Positions 1-7,907 of a stretch of 20,000 bases of DNA are shown here, piece after piece; positions within the stretch are counted from its first letter, which is position 1, and each line of letters starts with the position of its first letter. The stretch comes from an uncultured virus (IMG/VR IMGVR_UViG_3300008262_000183) (Duplodnaviria; Heunggongvirae; Uroviricota; Caudoviricetes). The notes beneath the pieces are model-generated. The model worked only from the letters and a program-made list of their open reading frames with translations. It was not told where the DNA came from and ran no database searches. Made by a program: the position numbers and the translations under genes. The stretch is taken from IMG/VR virus record IMGVR_UViG_3300008262_000183; one strand, given 5' to 3'.

Positions 1-1
1 T

Positions 2-1498
2 GAAATTGATAAGATAAAACAGAATACCGTTAGATATAATAAATGGTTTATAAAAAAAGTTGAGTTTTCAAATTTCCTTTCATTTGGTAAGGATAACACA
101 ATTAATTTTACTGAATTAGATGGCATAACAGTTATCGAATCAACACCAAGAAATTTTGGTGGTAAATCAACTTCATCCGTAGATTTATTAATGTTTTTGT
201 TTTTTAATTCAACAACAAAAACAAAAACCAATATTGAAATTTTTAACAAGTTTACTGAAGATGATACTGTTTTAGTAAAGGGATATCTAACAATTGATGG
301 CGAAGATTATGTTATTGCCAGAACTCTTACTAGAAAGAAATCTAAATCGGGCGAATATAATGTTAAAAGTGATTTAGAGTTTTATAAAGATAACGGTGAT
401 GGAACATTAGAAAACTTAACCGGTGAACAAAGACGCGAAACCGAAACGTTTATTGCATCTGCTATTGGATCGGAAGAAGATTTCTTATCAACCATATTGA
501 CTACTGGGTATAATCTAGAAGAATTGATCGAATCCAAACCAACCGCAAGAGGACAAATTCTTACTAAATTTTTAGGATTAGAAAGTCTTAAGCAGAAGGA
601 AGAAATAGCAAAAGAGATATTCAATGATTGGTCTAAGAAGTTAGTTGGGAATACATATAATGTCGTTCAATTAGAATCTGATATTGAAAATTTTAAAGAA
701 AGTATCACAGATTCAAATAACCAAATAAGTCAAAATGAAACCTTATTGGTTGAATATGGTAGTAAACTTAAATCATTAGAAGATCGTAGAGATTTGATCT
801 TAGGTCTTAGAAGTAACGATATTGATCAAGAGCTAATTAAAATTAATCCAGACTCATTACAAAAAGATATTGATGAGTTGGAGCAGAAAAAAAATGCTGC
901 TAATTTAAATGCAAATGCGGTTGTTGTTGTTGAGCCATCAAAATATTATGATGAAGCTGAACATAAAGAACTTAGAAGTAAAATGTCAGAAATACAAGGG
1001 TTAGATGCCGTCTACAAGTATGAGAAAAGTGATAAAGAAAAATTGCTTAAACAACTAACCGATGGTACCATTTGTCCAACTTGTAAAAGAGCGTTAGATG
1101 ATGTGGATCATAGTGATGAAATTGATGAGCTAAAAAAGCTTATCGAAGACATAACTAAAGAGATGATCTCTAATCAAGAAAAATTTGATCAGTTAAAAAA
1201 TGAATCAAATACTTTTGATTTATTAAAAACAGAGTTTGAGACTTACGAAAGAAATAAACTTCGTAAAGAAAGATTTATATTAGAGTCTGAACAGAAACAA
1301 TTTGAAATAAATCAAATTAAGGATAAGATAACCCGCTATGAAAATAGTAGAAAAAAACTAGAAGAAAATCAAAAGATTGATGCCGAACTAATAACCCTCA
1401 GAACCAGAATTGAGACAGTTAATGGTGATATTAGAGTATCAAACACATTGATTGAAAGAAATAAGAATAACATTACTTCAATGCAAGAAAAGATTTAA
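2..1498 (+). CDS. sbcC: SbcC/Rad50/gp46-like SMC ATPase, N-terminal and coiled-coil part (5'-truncated by the window; frame breaks at about 1496)
   Basis: The frame of ORF 191..1498 is open back to base 2: EIDKIKQNTVRYNKWFIKKVEFSNFLSFGKDN. It has a Walker A-like NFGGKST (152-172), a long coiled coil and a zinc hook CPTC (1073-1084). The true start lies upstream of the window. Confidence 0.9.
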   Translation, partial: EIDKIKQNTVRYNKWFIKKVEFSNFLSFGKDNTINFTELDGITVIESTPRNFGGKSTSSVDLLMFLFFNSTTKTKTNIEIFNKFTEDDTVLVKGYLTIDGEDYVIARTLTRKKSKSGEYNVKSDLEFYKDNGDGTLENLTGEQRRETETFIASAIGSEEDFLSTILTTGYNLEELIESKPTARGQILTKFLGLESLKQKEEIAKEIFNDWSKKLVGNTYNVVQLESDIENFKESITDSNNQISQNETLLVEYGSKLKSLEDRRDLILGLRSNDIDQELIKINPDSLQKDIDELEQKKNAANLNANAVVVVEPSKYYDEAEHKELRSKMSEIQGLDAVYKYEKSDKEKLLKQLTDGTICPTCKRALDDVDHSDEIDELKKLIEDITKEMISNQEKFDQLKNESNTFDLLKTEFETYERNKLRKERFILESEQKQFEINQIKDKITRYENSRKKLEENQKIDAELITLRTRIETVNGDIRVSNTLIERNKNNITSMQEKI

Positions 1499-1916
1499 TC
1501 AGGAACTACATCGTTTGCTTATTGATAGTTGTTATTTTATTTTGGAATTAAACATTAATGAAAAAAATGAAGTTGAGTTTATTATGATTGATTCGGATAC
1601 CAGGGTTGTCAAACCGCTCACCGCTGGTTCAGGTTACGAAAGAACCATATCATCTTTAGCATTAAGATCTGTTTTAACTAAGATATCTTCATTACCAAAA
1701 CCAAATATTGTTGTTATGGATGAGGTGTTTGGTAAAATTGCTGATGAGAATTTAGAAATGGTTGGTGAATTCTTCAAAAAGATTAAGAATTACTTTGAAC
1801 ATATTCTTGTCATTTCACACAATCCGTTAATCAGGAATTGGTCTGATAATATCATAATGATTAAAAAAGAAGATAATGTATCTTCAATTGACTACATCAC
1901 AACAGGTATTAGTTAA
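1497..1916 (+). CDS. sbcC: SbcC/Rad50-like ATPase, C-terminal ABC half (in the +1 frame relative to the N-terminal part)
   Basis: NQELHRLL..., signature-like GSGYERTISSLAL, Walker B VVMDEVFG and H-loop ISH. The ORF-track TTG start at 1452 gives a residue run that does not look like part of this family. Confidence 0.85.
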   Translation, partial: NQELHRLLIDSCYFILELNINEKNEVEFIMIDSDTRVVKPLTAGSGYERTISSLALRSVLTKISSLPKPNIVVMDEVFGKIADENLEMVGEFFKKIKNYFEHILVISHNPLIRNWSDNIIMIKKEDNVSSIDYITTGIS

Positions 1917-1940
1917 TTTTTTTTATTAAAATATTTTAGC

Positions 1941-1948
1941 TATATTTG
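1941..1948 (+). promoter_or_regulatory. Bacteroidota-type -7 promoter element upstream of clpP
   Basis: TATATTTG matches the TAnnTTTG consensus, 20 nt before the ATG at 1969. Confidence 0.55.
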
Positions 1949-1968
1949 TTATAGATAAAACAAATAAT

Positions 1969-2643
1969 ATGACCCAGAAGGATTTAAGAAGTTTTGATCT
2001 TTACGCAAAAGATCGTGGCATCAGCTCATCAAACTTACATTATTTTAATAAAAATATTGAAAGTAGCTTAACACCATATATTTTAGAGGAAAGACAGTTA
2101 AATGTTACTGCTATGGATGTTTTTTCTAGATTAATGATGGAAAGAATTATTTGGGTAGCTGGTGAAGTAAATGACCACATGTCGACAATAGTTCAAGCGC
2201 AATTAATGTTCTTGGATAGTTTAGATAATAATGATATTACGATGCATATTGACAGTCCAGGTGGCTCTGTCAAATCTGGGTTATCTATGGTTGATGTTAT
2301 GGAATACATTAATTCAGATATTAGAACAATCAACACCGGAATGGCTGCCTCTATGGGCTCGATTCTTTTGGGTGCAGGTACAAAAGGTAAGAGAGGTTCA
2401 CTCAGATTTTCACGCACAATGTTGCATCAATCTAGTGGTGGATTTCGCGGGAATATCCAAGATGCAAAAATTGATATGATTGAGTGGGAAAAACTCAATA
2501 ATTTACTTTTCGAATTATTGGGCGGCTATTGTGGTAAAGATGCTAAACAAGTTATGCAAGATGCGTCTAGAGATTTATGGCTATCTGCTGAAGATGCATT
2601 AGAATACGGTATTATTGACGAGATTGTCAAAAAGAAAAAATAA
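1969..2643 (+). CDS. clpP: ATP-dependent Clp protease proteolytic subunit
   Basis: DVFSRLMMERII, IDSPGGSV, AASMGS (catalytic Ser), MLHQ (His), RDLWLSAEDALEYGIIDEI (Asp). Confidence 0.96.
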   Translation: MTQKDLRSFDLYAKDRGISSSNLHYFNKNIESSLTPYILEERQLNVTAMDVFSRLMMERIIWVAGEVNDHMSTIVQAQLMFLDSLDNNDITMHIDSPGGSVKSGLSMVDVMEYINSDIRTINTGMAASMGSILLGAGTKGKRGSLRFSRTMLHQSSGGFRGNIQDAKIDMIEWEKLNNLLFELLGGYCGKDAKQVMQDASRDLWLSAEDALEYGIIDEIVKKKK

Positions 2644-2667
2644 TTTTTGCTTTTTTTAGATTTAAAG

Positions 2668-2695
2668 AGGGAAGTTTTTGACTTCCCTTTTTTTT
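2668..2695 (+). terminator. Intrinsic terminator after clpP
   Basis: Stem AGGGAAGT / ACTTCCCT with a 5-nt loop, followed by a T run. Confidence 0.85.
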
Positions 2696-2718
2696 ATCTT
2701 TTCCTTATACTTATTATT

Positions 2719-2791
2719 AGACCTTGTGGTTGAATCGGAAGTGTCCTTGTGGCATTTGAGTTGGAATTGATACCAACGAATTCGGGTTCAA
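2719..2791 (+). ncRNA. Candidate structured 5' leader RNA (multi-stem), family unknown
   Basis: GC-enriched island in an AT-rich intergenic region. Outer stem TTGAATCGGAA (2730-2740) / TTCGGGTTCAA (2781-2791) encloses hairpins GTGTC-cttgt-GGCAT (2741-2755) and GTTGG-N8-CCAAC (2760-2777). Bases 2719-2732 also pair with 3623-3636. Confidence 0.5.
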
Positions 2792-2812
2792 ATACAAAAA
2801 AATATAAGGAAA

Positions 2813-3616
2813 ATGAACAGAAGAATTTCAGTTAACACTGGTCTTGCTGTACCACAATCTTTCATTACCAAAGGTAAACAAAGATTAAAACAGCACATAG
2901 ACACCGTATATCTTAACAACGGTGATGAGTTCGAAATCGAGCTTTACAATCCCACACAAAATAAAGTTTTAGCAAAAATCGAATTGAATGGTAATTCAAT
3001 AGGGTCTGGTATTATTCTTCGCCCAGGTGAAAGAGTATTCTTAGAAAGATATTTGAATGAAGCCAAAAAGTTTTTGTTTGAAACATATAATGTAAATGGG
3101 AATAATGAGGAAGTACAAAGAGCTATCGCTGAAAATGGTGATGTTACCGTTAAATTTTACAACGAAACAACACCAACCTATGGAACATACGGATCAGGTA
3201 GTAGCACGTTAACAATTAATAACCCAAATATAGGCTGGACTACAACAACAGGTACACCTTATTATGGAAATATGTTCACAACGACGTCTACTAACAACGT
3301 AAATACATTTTATAATACGTCATTAACAAGTGGAACGTTCAGCACTTCTAACACCCTTCTTAAATCAAATTCAACAAACACAATAAGAAGTGTTGAGACA
3401 GGTAGGGTTGAAAAGGGATCAAGTTCGGATCAATCATTTACATATGATAGTTCGTCATTTTATACCCACCCATTTCATACAAATTGGTGGAAATTAAAAC
3501 CACAGTCTACTAAGCCATTAGTTGCTGAGGATTTAGCCGTTTATTGCACAGAGTGTGGCGCAAAACGTAAAAAAGATAATCATAAGTTCTGTCCACACTG
3601 CGGAACAAAATACTAA
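2813..3616 (+). CDS. Hypothetical protein with a beta-rich N-terminal domain, a Thr/Ser/Asn-rich linker and a C-terminal zinc ribbon
   Basis: 267-aa ORF with C-terminal CTECG...CPHCG. AAGGA lies just upstream of the ATG. Confidence 0.85.
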   Translation: MNRRISVNTGLAVPQSFITKGKQRLKQHIDTVYLNNGDEFEIELYNPTQNKVLAKIELNGNSIGSGIILRPGERVFLERYLNEAKKFLFETYNVNGNNEEVQRAIAENGDVTVKFYNETTPTYGTYGSGSSTLTINNPNIGWTTTTGTPYYGNMFTTTSTNNVNTFYNTSLTSGTFSTSNTLLKSNSTNTIRSVETGRVEKGSSSDQSFTYDSSSFYTHPFHTNWWKLKPQSTKPLVAEDLAVYCTECGAKRKKDNHKFCPHCGTKY

Positions 3617-3642
3617 ATAAACTAATCACAAGGTCTTGTCTT

Positions 3643-3663
3643 GAGGTCGCATTTTGCGACCTC
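3643..3663 (+). terminator. GC-rich hairpin 3' of the Zn-ribbon gene (terminator or 3'-stabilising stem)
   Basis: GAGGTCGCA-TTT-TGCGACCTC is a perfect 9-bp stem, but the U tail is weak (TTGATATTT). Confidence 0.6.
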
Positions 3664-3667
3664 TTGA

Positions 3668-3675
3668 TATTTATA
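3668..3675 (+). promoter_or_regulatory. TATTTAT(A) putative phage late-promoter motif
   Basis: TATTTATA 14 nt before the ATG at 3690. The same motif recurs before several other genes (see findings). Confidence 0.5.
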
Positions 3676-3689
3676 GGAAAACCAATTTT

Positions 3690-4091
3690 ATGAAACTTCA
3701 AACAAGTAATAATAAAACGAACATATTAATCATTATAATTGGTATTATGGCTGCATACAATATTTTGCAAACCAAAGGTATAAAAACCGATGTATCAGCA
3801 TATAACAAAAAAATTGATTTAATACAAAAAGAAATCGATTCTGTACAGGTTTTAAATAAACAGTTAAACATACAGATCGCAAATATCGACACAGAAATTG
3901 ATAAAGTTGATGGCGATATTGGTAGAGTAACAAAAAACATAACAATTATTAAAAATCAAACAAATGAAAAAATTGATGCTGTTAATGAGTTTACTTTTAG
4001 TGACCTCGCTAAGTTTTTCTCAGACCGTTATGACGCAAGAGAAGACAGTAGTGCAGGACACAATAGTACCCCTCAAAACCCAAATCGCTAA
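3690..4091 (+). CDS. Membrane-anchored coiled-coil protein, i-spanin-like
   Basis: Likely start is the ATG at 3690 (MKLQ). N-terminal hydrophobic helix ILIIIIGIMAAYNIL, then a heptad coiled coil. Overlaps the next gene by 128 nt. Confidence 0.65.
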   Translation: MKLQTSNNKTNILIIIIGIMAAYNILQTKGIKTDVSAYNKKIDLIQKEIDSVQVLNKQLNIQIANIDTEIDKVDGDIGRVTKNITIIKNQTNEKIDAVNEFTFSDLAKFFSDRYDAREDSSAGHNSTPQNPNR

Positions 4092-4392
4092 ATTAGTCAT
4101 AAAAGATTTGATCAGGGGTGATGGTGCCATTGTCGAGGTTAAAGAATTAAACAAAGTGATTGGATTAAAAGACGAACAAATCAGATTGTTTAAAGAAAAA
4201 GACCTTTTAAAAGATCAAAAAATATCAAACTTGGAGGTAATCATTTCTAAAAAAGATGAGCAATTTTCTTTAGAAAGAGAAAAATCTGAAAAGTTATATA
4301 AAGAATTAAAGGGACAAAGAACTAAAACCTTTTTATATAAAGTTGGAACATTTGTTGGGCTACTTGCCACATCAGTATTACTTGTTAAATAA
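3964..4392 (+). CDS. Exported coiled-coil protein with a signal peptide and C-terminal hydrophobic anchor (possible spanin partner)
   Basis: MKKLMLLMSLLLVTSLSFS|Q is an SPI-type signal. Coiled coil, then C-terminal VGTFVGLLATSVLLV. No lipobox Cys. Confidence 0.7.
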   Translation: MKKLMLLMSLLLVTSLSFSQTVMTQEKTVVQDTIVPLKTQIAKLVIKDLIRGDGAIVEVKELNKVIGLKDEQIRLFKEKDLLKDQKISNLEVIISKKDEQFSLEREKSEKLYKELKGQRTKTFLYKVGTFVGLLATSVLLVK

Positions 4393-5040
4393 ATGAAAAA
4401 ACACATCACCCCACCCAATATTGCCCTATTAGTACTAGTTTTATTATTAATATTATCAGTATTAAATCCATGGGGAATAATACCCAATAGAGTAACAAAC
4501 GTTCCTGTCTATGTGGTTGATTCTATACCATATCCACAGCACGATACAATACCTTTTGAAGTCGAGGTTGAGGTTGAAGTACCCGTAGAAGTTGAAGTAC
4601 CATATACGGTTCATGATACCATATTAACCCCGGTGGATACTATGGCGATATTAAAAGATTTTTACACAAAAAATATTTCAAAAGAAGAATTAAAACTACC
4701 TAATAATCAAGGTGTTATAAGCTTGAGTCAAACTATTACCGAGAACAAAGTAGTGTCAACAGAGTTTAATGCTAAAATAACCCCTAAAGTCCAAAAGGAT
4801 ACCATTTTATTGCCTGAGCCAAAGAAAACTCAACTTTATTTTGGCGTTGTTGGGGGTGTGTCTAAACCAGATTTTATTTCAAATGTTGGTGCTGGGTTAT
4901 TACTTAAGACAAAAGAGGATAAAATATATAAATTTACAATTGGTGCCGCAAATAGATTAACCAGTGATATTAATGGTACATTCCATCCATACATGGAAGG
5001 TGGGGTGTTTTGGAAAATCAAAGCCAAAAAAAGAAACTAG
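4393..5040 (+). CDS. Membrane-anchored envelope protein with a Val/Glu/Pro linker and C-terminal amphipathic beta strands
   Basis: N-terminal TM IALLVLVLLLILSVL, repeat EVEVEVEVPVEVEVP, several DTI/DSI motifs, C-terminal YFGVVGG...GAGLLL...YMEGGVFWKI. Confidence 0.75.
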   Translation: MKKHITPPNIALLVLVLLLILSVLNPWGIIPNRVTNVPVYVVDSIPYPQHDTIPFEVEVEVEVPVEVEVPYTVHDTILTPVDTMAILKDFYTKNISKEELKLPNNQGVISLSQTITENKVVSTEFNAKITPKVQKDTILLPEPKKTQLYFGVVGGVSKPDFISNVGAGLLLKTKEDKIYKFTIGAANRLTSDINGTFHPYMEGGVFWKIKAKKRN

Positions 5041-5095
5041 AGCACAATTCAAACATTTTGTTTAATATTATTATAATTTTTATTATATTAAAATA

Positions 5096-5548
5096 ATGAA
5101 AACATACATTCTTTTTATCTTCGCTTCCTTTTCTGACCTAGAAGAACTTGAATTTTTCTGTTTTGAACATTTCCCACAACTTTCGATAGGAAGTATTAAG
5201 TATGTTATAGAATCTAGCGGTAATTGTATTATAATATTTGATAGTGATAAGCAAAAGGAACCCCTGGTTAATTCTTTAGATGAAACCCTATCTTTAGAAA
5301 GTATAAGATTTTATATGATTTTCGAAAAAAGTTCAATTTTCTGGTCCAAATTGCCAACAGATCTAAATAATTTCATATTCAAGCCACAGCCCAAAAACTT
5401 AGGCATATTTAAGATTCTAGCTGAAATGGATAAACAACCACTAGAGTCACAATTTAACCTAGATGAGATACTAGAAAAAATCCAAATTGATGGTATTTCT
5501 AGTTTATCCCCCGAGGAAAAAAAATTCTTAGACGATTTTGGAAATTAA
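5096..5548 (+). CDS. Hypothetical protein with a C-terminal DUF6576-like helical motif
   Basis: NLDEILEKIQIDGISSLSPEEKKFL resembles the C-terminal motif of Bacteroidota rhomboid proteases (recalled, not searched). Confidence 0.7.
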   Translation: MKTYILFIFASFSDLEELEFFCFEHFPQLSIGSIKYVIESSGNCIIIFDSDKQKEPLVNSLDETLSLESIRFYMIFEKSSIFWSKLPTDLNNFIFKPQPKNLGIFKILAEMDKQPLESQFNLDEILEKIQIDGISSLSPEEKKFLDDFGN

Positions 5549-5567
5549 AAAAAAAATGTTATCTTAG
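5537..5567 (+). promoter_or_regulatory. Bacteroidota-like promoter upstream of the sigma gene
   Basis: TTTG (5537-5540), a 19-nt spacer, then TATCTTAG (5560-5567). Consensus is TTTG-N19-21-TAnnTTTG. Confidence 0.45.
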
Positions 5568-5588
5568 CTTAACAAATAATTCCAGAAT

Positions 5589-6401
5589 ATGAAGAAAACC
5601 GCACCAATCGTCCGCTCCGAAGACATCCAATTTTACCTAAAGGATTTAAAGAAAATCCCGGTAATAACGCATGAACGAGAAATAGAAATTTTCAGAACCT
5701 TTAAGAACAAAAAAGATCTTTCAAAAACCGAAAAACAAAAATTGGTTGATGAAATTGTTAAAGGTAATTTAAGATTTGTGATTTCGATTGCAAAAACATA
5801 CCAAAACCAGGGATTGGATGTTGTTGATTTGATATCAGAAGGTAATATCGGTTTAATAAAAGCTGTTGATAGATATGATATTGATTCCGGTTTCAAATTT
5901 ATTTCATATGCTGTATGGTGGATTAGGCAACAAATTCTTTATGCTTTAAATGAGTACGCGAGAACAATCAGAGTCCCATCAAATGTTATCCAAGAGGCTC
6001 AAAAATTAAAAAAGAATGAATCTTCTCAGGAAGATCAATATTTTATTGAGCACAGTGAAACATATTTAAATAACATCCCAACAACTGTGGATTTATTTAA
6101 AGAAATAAATGAAGATGGTGATACACTTCTTGAATTAATTATTAATCCAAATGCTGAGTCGCCAGAAAAATTGGCAAATAGCGATGAAGATTTGAAACAT
6201 AGAATCAAATATATGTTGTCATTTTTGGACGAAAGAGAAAGTGCCATAATTGACGGTTATTTTGGGTTAAGCGGTATTGAGAAGAACTTAGAAGACCTCG
6301 GTGAAGAGTTTGGTTGCACAAAAGAAAGAATCAGACAATTAAAAGATAAAGCAATAAAGAAGCTTAGAAATGAAAGCTTTTCTCTATTAAAATATTTATA
6401 A
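5589..6401 (+). CDS. RNA polymerase sigma-70 factor, RpoD/SigA type lacking region 1.1
   Basis: Region 2 NLRFVISIAKTYQNQG...DLISEGNIGLIKAV...GFKFISYAVWWIRQ and region 4 HTH LEDLGEEFGCTKERIRQLKDKAIKKLR. Closely resembles the Bacteroidota primary sigma. Confidence 0.95.
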   Translation: MKKTAPIVRSEDIQFYLKDLKKIPVITHEREIEIFRTFKNKKDLSKTEKQKLVDEIVKGNLRFVISIAKTYQNQGLDVVDLISEGNIGLIKAVDRYDIDSGFKFISYAVWWIRQQILYALNEYARTIRVPSNVIQEAQKLKKNESSQEDQYFIEHSETYLNNIPTTVDLFKEINEDGDTLLELIINPNAESPEKLANSDEDLKHRIKYMLSFLDERESAIIDGYFGLSGIEKNLEDLGEEFGCTKERIRQLKDKAIKKLRNESFSLLKYL

Positions 6402-6411
6402 AAGAAAAAAT

Positions 6412-6699
6412 ATGAAAAAGTTCGTTGAAAATAATTTCGTAATGATTGTTTTTGTTATAATCCTATTAACATTTTTTAAGGGTTGTAGTGATAGCAGAGA
6501 AATCAAATCCATTAAAAATGAAATAAAAGCTATAAAGGATTCTACATATACAAAAACAGAATTAGGTATCATTCTAAAAATTGAAGGGCTAAGAGCTGAA
6601 AAAAGAATGATACAAGCAACAGATAGAAAAATGTTAGATGTTCAACGTCAAACACAAATTGATGAAGAATTAAAAACATTAGAAAAGTCAATCAAATAA
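6412..6699 (+). CDS. Small membrane protein or lipoprotein with coiled coil
   Basis: Hydrophobic FVMIVFVIILLTFF followed by KGC (possible lipidation Cys). Stop overlaps the next start (TAATG). Confidence 0.75.
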   Translation: MKKFVENNFVMIVFVIILLTFFKGCSDSREIKSIKNEIKAIKDSTYTKTELGIILKIEGLRAEKRMIQATDRKMLDVQRQTQIDEELKTLEKSIK

Positions 6700-7907
6700 T
6701 GAAAAATTGGTTTAATAAAAATTATAAAACAATAATAATTGCGGCATTTCTTGTCCCAATCATAACGGTAGCGATTGTATCTATCTCACACGTTACTATG
6801 TGGTATGGGATATCAAATCCAATTACATGGGCTGTATACTTATCCATTGGTATTGAGATTGCTGCCCTATCTGCTCTTGCGGCAATATCTGCTGACATGG
6901 GCTCTAAAGTATATTTTCCATTTTCAATTGTAACATTAATACAATTCATTGGTAATATATTTTTCGCTTATTCATTTATCGATATAAATTCACAACCGTT
7001 TAAAGATTGGGTTGATCTAGTTTCACCTTTAGTTTCATTTATGGGTGTTGAACCAACCGATTTTGTTGGTCACAAAAGATTCTTAGCATTTTTTGCTGGT
7101 GGAATGTTACCAGTTATCTCTCTTTCATTCTTACACATGTTAATTAAATTTACGGAAGAAGATAAGCAACAACGTACATCCAAAGATTCTGAACCAGAAA
7201 ATAAAATTGATGCTAGTGATATTGTTTCTGAGGTTTCTAGAGTTAGATTAAGTGAGAGCGACTTAAAAAAATTAGAAGAAGTTTTATTAAATCCACCAAC
7301 ACCAAATGAAGCTTTGGTGAAGGCTGCTGAAAAATATAAACAAAAAACCGATGATGAGATTTTAAAACAAGCTGAAAAAATAAAACAATCTCGTGAAGAG
7401 GTATCATCAGAATCCGCGATAAATAAAGATATCGTTGAAACAGATGATAAGATAAAGCAAAAAGAAGCTTTGATAAAAATGATGGAATTGGATCAAGAAC
7501 TTGGGTTATATGATGATCCAATTGATAATCCATTGATTAAAGAAGATACATACAATATTGCCAAATCAATTCAACAACCAGAGGTTGCGCCAGCTTTGTC
7601 TGATGAAGAAGTTAAGGAAATGTTTATGGATGAATGGGAAAGAAAATTTGATTTGGTTGAAGAGGAATATGTGCCAACGGAAGAAGATATTATATTAAAT
7701 GAGGAATTAAACGCCATTCAAAATGCAGTTGAAAATGAAACTATTCCGGAACCGTTTGCAATACAAGAAGAAGTTCAAAAATTTAATATAGATTTATCTT
7801 ATCCACAAAAAGAAGAAGAGGAAGAATATAATACAATTGAAAATAATGATTCTTTTTGGAGGGACCATTTATCTGAAGATATGGACGAAGATGTAAAAAA
7901 AAAGTAG
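6699..7907 (+). CDS. Multi-pass membrane protein (about 4 TM) with a long acidic C-terminal region
   Basis: Hydrophobic helices in residues ~10-150, then a Glu/Asp-rich tail. Ends GTA-AAA-AAA-AAG-TAG. Confidence 0.85.
   Translation: MKNWFNKNYKTIIIAAFLVPIITVAIVSISHVTMWYGISNPITWAVYLSIGIEIAALSALAAISADMGSKVYFPFSIVTLIQFIGNIFFAYSFIDINSQPFKDWVDLVSPLVSFMGVEPTDFVGHKRFLAFFAGGMLPVISLSFLHMLIKFTEEDKQQRTSKDSEPENKIDASDIVSEVSRVRLSESDLKKLEEVLLNPPTPNEALVKAAEKYKQKTDDEILKQAEKIKQSREEVSSESAINKDIVETDDKIKQKEALIKMMELDQELGLYDDPIDNPLIKEDTYNIAKSIQQPEVAPALSDEEVKEMFMDEWERKFDLVEEEYVPTEEDIILNEELNAIQNAVENETIPEPFAIQEEVQKFNIDLSYPQKEEEEEYNTIENNDSFWRDHLSEDMDEDVKKK

Noticed and set aside
1452..1496. Independent TTG start for the C-terminal SbcC ORF
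   Set aside because: The first 15 residues are an off-frame read of the upstream coil; family-like sequence begins at NQEL.
2730..2795. tRNA or hammerhead ribozyme (GGGTTCAAAT looks like a T-loop)
   Set aside because: No complementary T-stem, acceptor stem or cloverleaf could be built, and the CUGANGA core is absent.
2719..3636. Insertion sequence or MITE with terminal inverted repeats
   Set aside because: No transposase motifs, no evident target-site duplication, and the mismatches are G-U type.
3654..3689. ORF-track upstream starts (also 8743, 12521, 13429, 14526, 15362)
   Set aside because: They run through hairpins, promoter-like boxes or the previous gene. Downstream ATGs fit better.
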